NCBI GenBank assembly: GCA_965661285.1
Contig: CBFIDD010000004.1
Location: forward strand, 1 to 64,000
Direction of reading: 5' to 3'
DNA from: Poseidonia sp.
GTDB lineage: Archaea; Thermoplasmatota; Poseidoniia; Poseidoniales; Poseidoniaceae
DNA: 64,000 nt
Below the pieces are notes generated by a model. The model had not been told where the DNA came from. It searched no databases and saw nothing but the letters and a program-made list of their open reading frames with translations. Both the position numbers and the translations under genes were made by a program. Shown here in pieces: positions 38,660-47,261 of the stretch (within the stretch, counting starts at the first letter, position 1; each line of letters begins with the position of its first letter).

Positions 38660-39181
38660 ATGGCAAGGTGGGCTCTCATCCTCCTCGTCCTGACGGGGGC
38701 GCTCTCCACTGCTTCAGCCCACGGAGGAGAAGACGGCCTTCAGGAAGAACAGATTTCAAACAGCCAGGTCTTGTTGATTTCGGGCATCGGCGCACTGGTA
38801 CTTTGGCAATCGACCTCTGTCTTGGTCGGTGTTCGTGCAGACGGATTCTCACCGGTGATGGTTGCTTTGGCTGGGTATTCAAGCCTCGTTCATTTAATGC
38901 TTGGTCTGCAAGACACCTTGCTCCTGGCTGGTGGGGCCGGGTTGATGATTGGGCTTGTCGCTTTGGTCATGTTGGACCTTGGTGAACAACGGCACAGGTG
39001 GATTCAGCTCGCCATGGGAGCAGGTGTGCTCGTCATGTTCATCGGCTATTTTGCTTCCAATCATGAACTCCATGCCTTCCTTGAAGACCGGTTGGGCGTG
39101 ACAACAAAAATTGCAGAACTTGCCTTGCTCACCCTCCTGTATCGATCTCTTTTCAAGGGTCAAAAGCAGGCCATTGTATGA
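38660..39181 (+). CDS. Membrane protein with signal peptide and His residues
   Basis: Signal peptide ending ASA|HGG, about 5 TM helices, VHL and NHELH. Confidence 0.7.
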   Translation: MARWALILLVLTGALSTASAHGGEDGLQEEQISNSQVLLISGIGALVLWQSTSVLVGVRADGFSPVMVALAGYSSLVHLMLGLQDTLLLAGGAGLMIGLVALVMLDLGEQRHRWIQLAMGAGVLVMFIGYFASNHELHAFLEDRLGVTTKIAELALLTLLYRSLFKGQKQAIV

Positions 39182-39192
39182 GGTGAGGAAAA

Positions 39193-39792
39193 ATGAGGCG
39201 GGGTTTGGTTTTGCTGGTGCTTGCAACCATGCTTTACATTCCAACCTCTCAAGTTGACGCCTCCTCTCACGGCATGGAAGGTTATTCTGAGATTGGATGC
39301 AACTGCCATGGTGAGACACCGGGTGAGAACGCCATGGTCACCATCACGGGCATTCCCAGTGTCTATCGCGCAGGAGAAACATACCCTCTCACCGTGGCCC
39401 TCTCCGGCGGCCCAGAAGTTGCCGAGCAAGGTCATCAAGGTGGCTTCAACCTGAAAGCCACAGCAGGAACTCTCCACCCGGTTGACGCCTCGACCCACGT
39501 CATGGATTCTGGAGAGATCACGCACGAGCATGCCGGTGCGAATCAACGATCATGGGTGGTGCAATGGGAGGCTCCAGTGAGCGATGCTGCAGTTGAATTC
39601 ACCGTGGCAGGAAACATCGCTGATGGCGACCACCAACCAACGGACGGGGACGATTGGGCTCTGGCTTTCTATTCTTCTATCGGACAAGAATTGAGTTTCT
39701 CTGACCTCGTGAGGTCACACTTTCCCAAGCTGCTGGCTATCTCCCTTTTTGTTGTCCCCACGGCCTTCTTGTTTTGGAAGAACAAGGCGTAA
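39193..39792 (+). CDS. Secreted, C-terminally anchored Reeler / choice-of-anchor-V-like domain protein
   Basis: Signal peptide, GCNCHG, G.P..Y..G.TY, GGFNL, ITH, W...W.AP, C-terminal TM; GAGGTGA SD. Confidence 0.72.
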   Translation: MRRGLVLLVLATMLYIPTSQVDASSHGMEGYSEIGCNCHGETPGENAMVTITGIPSVYRAGETYPLTVALSGGPEVAEQGHQGGFNLKATAGTLHPVDASTHVMDSGEITHEHAGANQRSWVVQWEAPVSDAAVEFTVAGNIADGDHQPTDGDDWALAFYSSIGQELSFSDLVRSHFPKLLAISLFVVPTAFLFWKNKA

Positions 39793-39806
39793 GAAAGACA
39801 AGTGTG

Positions 39807-40259
39807 TCAGATTGAAATCTCGTCTGGCTGAGTTTTCGTGGAAAACCGTTCAACGTTGCCGTCGCTATCAATGAGAAACTTCTCGAAATTCCAACGCACA
39901 TCACCGGCTTCACGTCCTGCGACGGCGGTCTGGCACAGACGCTCGAAGAGCGGGAGACGGTTGGGTCCGTTCACGTCGATTTTGGCCATCAGCGGAAAGG
40001 AGACGTTGTATTTGGAGGCGGTGAAGTAGCAGATCTCCTGGTGAGTTCCGGGTTCTTGTGCGCCGAATTGATTGCAAGGAAAACCGACCACGGTCAGATC
40101 GTCGTGCTTCTCGTGAAGGTCTTGAAGGCCGGCGTATTGGGGCGTAGCGCCACAGTGGCTGGCGACGTTCACCACCAACCAGCGTCTTCCCCCAAGGGCT
40201 CGCAGCGTCGTTGTTTCGCCGCCCATCGTCGTGATGGGTTCGTCAAGGAGGTGGGTCAT
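39807..40259 (-). CDS. Glutathione peroxidase family protein (Cys type)
   Basis: VVNVASHCG.TPQY, GFPCNQFGAQEPG, WNFEKFL. Confidence 0.95.
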   Translation of the reverse strand: MTHLLDEPITTMGGETTTLRALGGRRWLVVNVASHCGATPQYAGLQDLHEKHDDLTVVGFPCNQFGAQEPGTHQEICYFTASKYNVSFPLMAKIDVNGPNRLPLFERLCQTAVAGREAGDVRWNFEKFLIDSDGNVERFSTKTQPDEISI

Positions 40260-40346
40260 GGATGTTCCTTTCTGCTCTCAATTATGAACATGTGCCTCGC
40301 CCCACGGCAGGCAAATCCTCTTCAAGTGCCGCTCCGTGGTCGGCCC

Positions 40347-40829
40347 ATGCAAGTCCTCATGGAAACAAGCGCAGGCAACATCACCATCGAACTCTTTCAC
40401 GGAAGCGCCCCCGATACCGTGGCGAATTTCGTCAAACTGGTGGAAATGGGTCATTACGACGGTTTGCATTTTCACCGCGTGATTGAAGATTTCATGATCC
40501 AAGGCGGCTGCCCCCACTCCAAAGATCCGATGTCCCGAAGAGCCGGTACCGGAGGCCCTGGCTGGCAAATCCCCTGCGAGCCTTCTGCTCTTGCCCTCAA
40601 GCACGACAAGCCCGGTGTGCTCTCCATGGCCAACGCTGGTCGAAACACCGGTGGCTCCCAATTCTTCCTCACCACGGTTCCCACGCCGTGGCTCAACGGC
40701 AACCACGCCGTGTTCGGTGCCGTCAGTGAAGGCATGGACGTCGTTCACACCATTGAGCGATGCCGAAAGCTCCCCGGCGACCGCCCCGCTGAGCCCCAAC
40801 AAATCATCCGCTGCACCGTCCTTGAGTGA
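40347..40829 (+). CDS. Cyclophilin-type peptidyl-prolyl cis-trans isomerase
   Basis: FHRVIEDFMIQGG, LSMANAG.NTGGSQFF, WLNGNHAVFG. Start re-assigned to MQVLMET. Confidence 0.95.
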   Translation: MQVLMETSAGNITIELFHGSAPDTVANFVKLVEMGHYDGLHFHRVIEDFMIQGGCPHSKDPMSRRAGTGGPGWQIPCEPSALALKHDKPGVLSMANAGRNTGGSQFFLTTVPTPWLNGNHAVFGAVSEGMDVVHTIERCRKLPGDRPAEPQQIIRCTVLE

Positions 40830-40838
40830 GGTGAGCAC

Positions 40839-41789
40839 ATGGTCGTCCTCGCCGTGCACGGAGGTGCAGGTGGCGACGGCCCGTGGCGCGGCATGACCGA
40901 CGCTGACCCGCAACGCATGGCCTGCATGGAAGCACTGCTGAACGACCTCGGCGAACGCCTAAACACAGGAGAACTCGACGCACTTGAAGCGGTCACCCGG
41001 GCGGTGGAAGCGATGGAAAACGAACCGTTGTTCAACGCAGGATGCGGAGCAGTTCTGGATGAATGCGGCAAGGTGGGCATGGATGCAAGCATCATGCGAG
41101 GCGAAGACCAAGCAGCAGGCTCGGTCATCGGTTTGACGTCCACGCGACACCCCGTACGCGCAGCCCACCATCTCTTGAAGCAAGGCTGGCCCGTGATGTT
41201 AGCAGGTCAGCCGGGTGATGATTTTGCGAAGGCCTGCGGCGTTGAACAAATGGCGTCGACTTGGTTTGAAACCGATTTGCGACGAGCTCAATGGCAGAAA
41301 TGGAAAGCGCAGCGGCTTCGGCCTGGTGCCACCGATGAGGAGGACGCGCTGCTCGACCACGACGGCGACGAAGATGGATGGGGAACGGTTGGTGCGGTGG
41401 CCTTGGATGTGCACGGCCATGTCGCTGCAGCCACGTCCACCGGAGGCATGACGGGAAAACCGCTCGGCCGGGTGGGCGATACGCCCATCATCGGGGCTGG
41501 GACATGGGCGGACCCAAACATCGCCGTTTCGTGCACCGGCGTGGGAGAGGCGTTCATTCGCACCGTGGCGGCGCACGCCGTCGCTGTTCACCACCGCGCC
41601 GTCGGGTTGGAGGAAGCGGCGTTGAAGGTGCTTGAGGAGGTTGAGCCGCTCGGTGGGCGAGGTGGCCTCATCGCCGTGAATACGAACGGGGATGTCGTGA
41701 TGCCGTTTCAGACCATGCTGATGTACCGGGGCGTGTACAAGAATGGCGGAATTCACGTGGGCATTGGACCGGACATTCTTCAATCATAA
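40839..41789 (+). CDS. Isoaspartyl peptidase / L-asparaginase (Ntn hydrolase)
   Basis: HGGAG, FNAG.G, MDASIM, G|TVGAVA autocleavage site, ATSTGG, GRVGDTP, TG.GE. Confidence 0.93.
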   Translation: MVVLAVHGGAGGDGPWRGMTDADPQRMACMEALLNDLGERLNTGELDALEAVTRAVEAMENEPLFNAGCGAVLDECGKVGMDASIMRGEDQAAGSVIGLTSTRHPVRAAHHLLKQGWPVMLAGQPGDDFAKACGVEQMASTWFETDLRRAQWQKWKAQRLRPGATDEEDALLDHDGDEDGWGTVGAVALDVHGHVAAATSTGGMTGKPLGRVGDTPIIGAGTWADPNIAVSCTGVGEAFIRTVAAHAVAVHHRAVGLEEAALKVLEEVEPLGGRGGLIAVNTNGDVVMPFQTMLMYRGVYKNGGIHVGIGPDILQS

Positions 41790-41830
41790 ACGCCCCTAAG
41801 TTCATGACCTGTTGAGCATGCCAAAGAGGC

Positions 41831-43006
41831 ATGCCTGTCGATGCGGAAGAAGCGTTGCGTCGAGCAACCCTCGTCCGCAGCGACCCTTCTCTGCGAGGTG
41901 TCTCGCGATGCAACATCGCAACCGAGGAAGGCGAGGTGCTTTGGGAATACATCGCCCCCGACGGTGAGCCCATCGAAGAGGAAGACCGGGTTCAACGATG
42001 GAACAGTATGGGCCTGCCCCCTGCGTGGGAAGACGTCTGGATTTGCCCCAACCCGCGCGGGCACATCCAGGCCACGGGTCGGGATGTCAAAGGTCGGCTT
42101 CAGTACCGCTATCACCCGGATTGGACGGAGATCACCACGGAAATGAAGTACGATGACGTGGCTTACTTTGCTGCGCAACTTCCTCGGCTTCGCCGTCAGG
42201 TGATTCGCGACATCGATGAGGGCGATATGTCCCTCAACACCGTGGCGGCGCTTGTGGTCCGACTGATGGATTTGTACAACATCCGGGTGGGTTCCGATGA
42301 ATACGCCCGTGCCAACGAATCCTACGGGCTGACAACGCTCAAATCGATGCATGTCAAACACATCAAGGGAGAAGACGCCGAAGGGCGGCACGACGTGGTG
42401 TTTTCGTTTACCGGAAAGTCCGGCAAAGATTGGGACATCACCATCGAGGACGACCATCTCGTTGACCTGATTTTGAAAACCAATCGCCTGGGGGCCAAGG
42501 ACGCTGATTTGTTCATGTACATCTCCGAGGCCGGCAACGAAGTCGACCTCAAAGCCGAGCACATCAATCAGTACATTCGAGATTCAAGCGGCATGGGGTT
42601 CACCGCCAAGAACTTCAGAACCTGGGCCGCTACCTCACGTTGTGCCGAACGGTTGGCCTTCCTTTCCGTTCCCCGAACCGAAGCAGAGATGAAGCGTTGG
42701 AAGCGACGAACACCCAAGGTGGACGCTCTTGAGAAAATCTGGACGGAAGGCGAATGGGCCCCGCCGGAGACCGATACCGCCCGAAACAAAGTGATGTTGG
42801 CCGTCATCGACACCGTCGCATCCGATTTGGGTAATACCCGAACAGTATGCCGTTCTTCCTACATCCACCCTTGGTTTTTGGATGCATGGAGCGAGGGAAG
42901 ACTGGCCGAGGCTTGGGCGGAATTCGCCGAGATGCGCTCCATGGGGAACATGACACCGGGTGAAAGCACGACGTTGCGCATTTTGAAATCCATCGTCAAA
43001 GGATGA
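41831..43006 (+). CDS. DNA topoisomerase IB, short bacterial/poxviral type
   Basis: [54 protein letters not shown] (catalytic R, K, R, N, Y). Confidence 0.93.
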   Translation: MPVDAEEALRRATLVRSDPSLRGVSRCNIATEEGEVLWEYIAPDGEPIEEEDRVQRWNSMGLPPAWEDVWICPNPRGHIQATGRDVKGRLQYRYHPDWTEITTEMKYDDVAYFAAQLPRLRRQVIRDIDEGDMSLNTVAALVVRLMDLYNIRVGSDEYARANESYGLTTLKSMHVKHIKGEDAEGRHDVVFSFTGKSGKDWDITIEDDHLVDLILKTNRLGAKDADLFMYISEAGNEVDLKAEHINQYIRDSSGMGFTAKNFRTWAATSRCAERLAFLSVPRTEAEMKRWKRRTPKVDALEKIWTEGEWAPPETDTARNKVMLAVIDTVASDLGNTRTVCRSSYIHPWFLDAWSEGRLAEAWAEFAEMRSMGNMTPGESTTLRILKSIVKG

Positions 43007-43019
43007 GGTATCTGTCATC

Positions 43020-43044
43020 TCGGCTATATTTATTAAATGCCGAT
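43020..43044 (+). promoter_or_regulatory. fumC promoter: TATA box enclosed by TCGGC...GCCGA inverted repeat
   Basis: TCGGC-TATATTTATTAAAT-GCCGA; TTTATTA begins 30 bp before ATG 43059, consistent with a leaderless transcript. Confidence 0.6.
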
Positions 43045-43058
43045 TGGGGCTTCGTCTC

Positions 43059-44660
43059 ATGGCTAAACATCGCGCCGGCGACCGACGAATCATCAGCATC
43101 AGTATCCCCGAACCTCTCGCAAAAAAACTCGACCGAAAGGTCGGCAAAGGGCGTAAAAACGGCCGCTCTGCGACCATCGCGAAATTGATTGAACAGGGAT
43201 TGAATCAACCTGCTTCTGTTCCGGTTCCAATGACTGCGAGTGAGACCGCCCCCCAAGCGCCCAAAGGCGAGGTGCGCATTGAATCCGATACGATGGGCGA
43301 ACTGGAAGTGCCCGGCGACCGTTATTTTGGGTGCCAGACCGCACGCTCCCTGCTGAACTTTGACATCGGCCACGACACGATGCCCCCCGGCGTCATCCGC
43401 GCCTTTGGTGTTCTCAAGCAAGCAGCGGCCAAAACCAATGTTGCGCTCAAACAACTGGACCCGGAAGTGGGCGACTTGATCATCGCCGCTTCCCAAGAGG
43501 TTCTCGAAGGCCGACTCAACGAACACTTCCCCCTTCGCGTTTGGCAAACAGGAAGCGGGACGCAATCCAACATGAACAGCAACGAGGTCATCGCCAATCG
43601 GGCGATTGAACTGGCCGGCGGCGTCCTCGGTTCGAAAACGCCTGTCCACCCCAACGACCACGTCAACCGGGCCCAATCCTCCAACGACACCTTTCCCACC
43701 GCCATGCACATCGCAGCGGCTGAAGCGTTCACGCACCGGCTGCTCCCGAGCGTCCGAGCGTTGCGCGAGGCCCTTCACGCAAAGGCCGAGGAATGGACCA
43801 GCATCGTCAAAATTGGACGAACGCACCTGATGGACGCCGTTCCGCTGACGCTGGGTCAGGAAGCATCCGGATGGGTGGCTCAACTCGACGCCGACCTCCG
43901 CCGCCTGGACTTCGCACTCGACGACTTGTTTGAACTCGCTCTTGGCGGCACCGCGGTGGGCACCGGCCTCAACGCCCACCCGCTCTTCGCACAGATGGTC
44001 GCCGATGAAATCGCCAACATCACCGGCCTGACCTTCTGTTCTGCTGAAAACAAGTTTGCACAACTGGCCGCTCACGACGCCATCGTCGCTGCCTCGGGAG
44101 CGCTGAACACGCTGGCGGCTTCACTGATGAAAATCGCCAACGACATTCGCTGGCTTGGTTCGGGCCCTCGCTGCGGATTGGGCGAACTCGCCCTGCCGGC
44201 CAACGAGCCTGGTTCCTCCATCATGCCCGGTAAAGTCAACCCGACCCAGTCTGAAGCCATGACCATGGTGTGCTGTCAGGTGATGGGTAACCACACCGCC
44301 ATCACCATTGGCGGCAGTCAAGGCAACTTCGAGCTGAACGTGTTCAAACCGATGATGATTCACAATTTCCTTCATTCCGTTGACCTGCTCACCGACGCCT
44401 GTCGCACCTTCAGAACGCGCTGCGTCGAAGGCCTGGTCGCCGTTGAAGACAACATCCAGTCGCATCTCGAGAACTCGCTGATGCTGGTCACGGCACTCAA
44501 CAATCACATCGGGTACGATAAGGCGGCGAAGATCGCCAAGAACGCGCACGAAAAAGGCACCACATTGCGAGCCTCGGCGTTGGAACTCGGCTACCTGACC
44601 AACGAGGAATTCGATGCTTGGGTTCGCCCAGAAGACATGACCGGGCCAAACCAAAGTTGA
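43059..44660 (+). CDS. fumC: Class II fumarate hydratase with N-terminal ribbon-helix-helix-like extension
   Basis: [45 protein letters not shown] signature; about 70 extra in-frame N-terminal residues. Confidence 0.95.
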   Translation: MAKHRAGDRRIISISIPEPLAKKLDRKVGKGRKNGRSATIAKLIEQGLNQPASVPVPMTASETAPQAPKGEVRIESDTMGELEVPGDRYFGCQTARSLLNFDIGHDTMPPGVIRAFGVLKQAAAKTNVALKQLDPEVGDLIIAASQEVLEGRLNEHFPLRVWQTGSGTQSNMNSNEVIANRAIELAGGVLGSKTPVHPNDHVNRAQSSNDTFPTAMHIAAAEAFTHRLLPSVRALREALHAKAEEWTSIVKIGRTHLMDAVPLTLGQEASGWVAQLDADLRRLDFALDDLFELALGGTAVGTGLNAHPLFAQMVADEIANITGLTFCSAENKFAQLAAHDAIVAASGALNTLAASLMKIANDIRWLGSGPRCGLGELALPANEPGSSIMPGKVNPTQSEAMTMVCCQVMGNHTAITIGGSQGNFELNVFKPMMIHNFLHSVDLLTDACRTFRTRCVEGLVAVEDNIQSHLENSLMLVTALNNHIGYDKAAKIAKNAHEKGTTLRASALELGYLTNEEFDAWVRPEDMTGPNQS

Positions 44661-44662
44661 CC

Positions 44663-45736
44663 TCAAGAGCGCCGAAGCGCGCGAAGTTTAGCCTGAAGAG
44701 CCGATGTTCGCTCATCGGCTTCCTCAGAGGGTCCAGCCGAGGTCAAGCGGCGATGGAACATTTCGCGGTCCCACACCACCACGCTCCCGTCCTCACAGCC
44801 AAGCACCATGCGTTCGTTCGTGCCGTGCATCGCGTGAACTTTGGCAAACGAACCAGATGCGAGTTTTCCACCTTTATTGGTCGCCCAGACATTCACGGTG
44901 CTGGTCATACCGTCATCGCGGGCCAACCAAAGAAGGGAGGCCCCGTCGTGGACCATGGCTTCGGTTTGAGTTGAAACAGGTGCACCCTTGGAGGACCAGC
45001 ATCGCTCTCCGTTTTCGGTGCGACCAACCGCCAACCCGTCATCCGTGGTCGCCACGTAGCCTTTGACCATGCACGTCAAATGTTCAACAGCCCCCTCTTC
45101 GGTGGAAAGCACCGCACCGAGATGGTTGGCGACCGTTCCGTCGGTTTGCCCAAACAGGCCTTGTGTCCTCCCAGAAGTCCCGCAGGTGGTGGGGGAAGAA
45201 GTGGGGGGTTTTGTGTGTTCAAACGGTGGTTCGGAGGAAACGTCCAGATGACCGCAACGAGGGCGTCCAAGTCCGGCGAGGAGTTGCTTGTCTGCGACGA
45301 TGAGGGTCCACGGGCGTTCGTCCATCCGTTCGACCCAATGAAGTTCGCCCGCTGAAGAAAATCGCCATATGGCGGACTCGATGAAATCGTTGTGCTCAAT
45401 ATCGTAAACGGAAGAAACGGCCACGAGGTCGCCTTGCCACCACTGCACCTCATCGGCACTCCCTTCAAGCGCTGCAGACCACGCCACTTCGCCCGATGAC
45501 CTCGAGAGCACCACGATGTGCAATCCACTGGCAACCGCCACCATGGTCTCGCTGAGGGCGATGGCGCTGATGCGGTCGTTGGTGGGTGTGGTCCAGAGAT
45601 GATTCCCTTCGCCATCCCAATGGGTCAGTTGTCCGTCCCAACCGCCGGCGAAGACGCCGTGTTGGGGCGTGAGGTGCACCATAGAAACAGGCTGGTCCAA
45701 CGTGCGGACCATCCACGTCGCCGTCTTCAGGTCCAT
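44663..45736 (-). CDS. WD40/PQQ-like beta-propeller protein
   Basis: Repeated G..DG.L..WD..G...W blades; start re-assigned to MDLKTATW; helical C-terminal tail. Confidence 0.72.
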   Translation of the reverse strand: MDLKTATWMVRTLDQPVSMVHLTPQHGVFAGGWDGQLTHWDGEGNHLWTTPTNDRISAIALSETMVAVASGLHIVVLSRSSGEVAWSAALEGSADEVQWWQGDLVAVSSVYDIEHNDFIESAIWRFSSAGELHWVERMDERPWTLIVADKQLLAGLGRPRCGHLDVSSEPPFEHTKPPTSSPTTCGTSGRTQGLFGQTDGTVANHLGAVLSTEEGAVEHLTCMVKGYVATTDDGLAVGRTENGERCWSSKGAPVSTQTEAMVHDGASLLWLARDDGMTSTVNVWATNKGGKLASGSFAKVHAMHGTNERMVLGCEDGSVVVWDREMFHRRLTSAGPSEEADERTSALQAKLRALRRS

Positions 45737-45850
45737 GGTGGGAGGACACGTCTCACCACCATAAGGAGGACGCTTGACTGTGAGGATGGGGGTCGGGTTT
45801 TGGTGAACAAGCGAGCAAGAACAAAATGCTACCTTTGGGGCCTTTGATGT

Positions 45851-46354
45851 ATGGCTGATGCACCTGCCTTGATTCGCGAACTCCAATCCTCCAACGCCAA
45901 GTACGCTGCTTCGTTTGAGGCCGAAGGGGTGCCTGGGAAGGCGGGTCAACGCTTGTTGTTGCTGACATGCATGGATTCGCGGATTGTACCCCATGCTGTG
46001 TTCGGACTCAAAGAGGGCGACATGAAGGTCATTCGAAACGCTGGCGGCCAACTCAACCCCGAAGTGACCAAAGACATCGTGCTCGCAAGTTACCTGCTGG
46101 ACTGCGAATGCATTGTGATCATGCCCCATACCCGGTGCGCCATGGCCAGCCTGTCCGTTGCCGACGTGCAAGCCACGCTTGGCGAATTGAGCGGCAAGGA
46201 TTTCTCTTCGTTTGAACCGAGCATGATCGAGAACGCCGACCAAAAATTAGCTCACGATGTGGCCACGCTCCAAGCCAACGCAATGTTGAAGACGGGCGTG
46301 ACGGTTCACGGAGCCGTGTACGACGTCGATACGGGCACCGTTCGCTGGGTGTGA
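45851..46354 (+). CDS. Beta-class carbonic anhydrase
   Basis: CMDSR, IRNAGG, HTRC zinc ligands, YDVDTG. Confidence 0.93.
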   Translation: MADAPALIRELQSSNAKYAASFEAEGVPGKAGQRLLLLTCMDSRIVPHAVFGLKEGDMKVIRNAGGQLNPEVTKDIVLASYLLDCECIVIMPHTRCAMASLSVADVQATLGELSGKDFSSFEPSMIENADQKLAHDVATLQANAMLKTGVTVHGAVYDVDTGTVRWV

Positions 46355-46358
46355 AGGG

Positions 46359-47240
46359 TCACACCAGCGGTATTCGCCGGCGAGGAATGGCGAAGGTGAG
46401 AATGAAGGCGAGGAGCCCGAAAATACAGGCCGTGTAGTAGTGACCCATGGTGAAAAACGCGAGCACCGAGGATGTTCGAAGCAACACCACCGAACCGGAT
46501 TTGAGCGCCCACAGCGCAAAACCGGCGGCGATGAGCGCCACGCCCATGAAGCCGAAACCAACCAAAACGTACCCTGTTGCGGCACTCGGGTCCATCAAAG
46601 GGTGGTCCATTTGTGACGGGGTCCTGTCGATGGTACGGATTTCGCACTCGGGAGCGTCCCCTTCACACGGTTGGTCAGCAAACATCGCAGACGAAGGGAA
46701 GTCGAAGTCGATGGTGGTGAAACCAATCGGTTCGATCAAGGCCGGCGGAGAGAGCAGGACGCGATTGGAAAACACGTCTCGGTGCCCGTCTCTTGCCACG
46801 ATGATGTCGACGCGAATCAGGCCGGGGTCCAGGGATTCGAACGAAAACCGACCGGTGTCGTCCGTTTCATTTTCTTCAGAAACCCACTGCGACGAGGCTT
46901 CGTCAAGCCAGGAAAGGTACACGGTCGCGTTCTCGATGGGTTGTCCATTGTCGTCAACCACCGTTCCCCGGAAGGTTGCGGTATCGTCGGGCGCCGTGAG
47001 CGCCAGCCTGTAGACAAACTCGTCAGGGCGGACCAAACCGTCGTTGGGCGAAGCGTAATCCAAGCCGTTGAGAAACCCCATCATGCACGTGAAAAGCAGG
47101 AAAAGGGCCGTTGCTTTGCCCATCGGATGCAGTTTTGGGTCCTCGATGGTGAGGACGGTGTCGGAGGATGCGAAGAGCATCGGCGTTTCCTCAACCACCT
47201 CATCGAGGTAGGTCGGGTCGTCCTCCTCGACATCCGCCAT
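46359..47240 (-). CDS. Membrane protein with a carboxypeptidase-regulatory-like domain
   Basis: G.VVDDNGQPIENATV...TDDTGRFSF..LDPG; one N-terminal and several C-terminal TM helices. Confidence 0.75.
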   Translation of the reverse strand: MADVEEDDPTYLDEVVEETPMLFASSDTVLTIEDPKLHPMGKATALFLLFTCMMGFLNGLDYASPNDGLVRPDEFVYRLALTAPDDTATFRGTVVDDNGQPIENATVYLSWLDEASSQWVSEENETDDTGRFSFESLDPGLIRVDIIVARDGHRDVFSNRVLLSPPALIEPIGFTTIDFDFPSSAMFADQPCEGDAPECEIRTIDRTPSQMDHPLMDPSAATGYVLVGFGFMGVALIAAGFALWALKSGSVVLLRTSSVLAFFTMGHYYTACIFGLLAFILTFAIPRRRIPLV

Positions 47241-47261
47241 GGATACTCTGAAGCGTGCGCC

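Noticed and set aside
38376-38709. Short minus-strand ORFs in the helicase upstream region
   Set aside because: They show no motifs, have atypical composition and overlap the start of the 38660 gene.
39807-40259. Possible selenocysteine in glutathione peroxidase
   Set aside because: The active-site codon is Cys (TGT) and there is no in-frame TGA.
41831-43006. TopIB read as a tyrosine recombinase marking a mobile element
   Set aside because: The N-terminal PPAW/GRLQYRY motifs are TopIB-specific, the composition is host-like and no att sites were seen.
45737-46243. N-terminal extension of the beta-propeller ORF
   Set aside because: It is antisense to the carbonic anhydrase gene.
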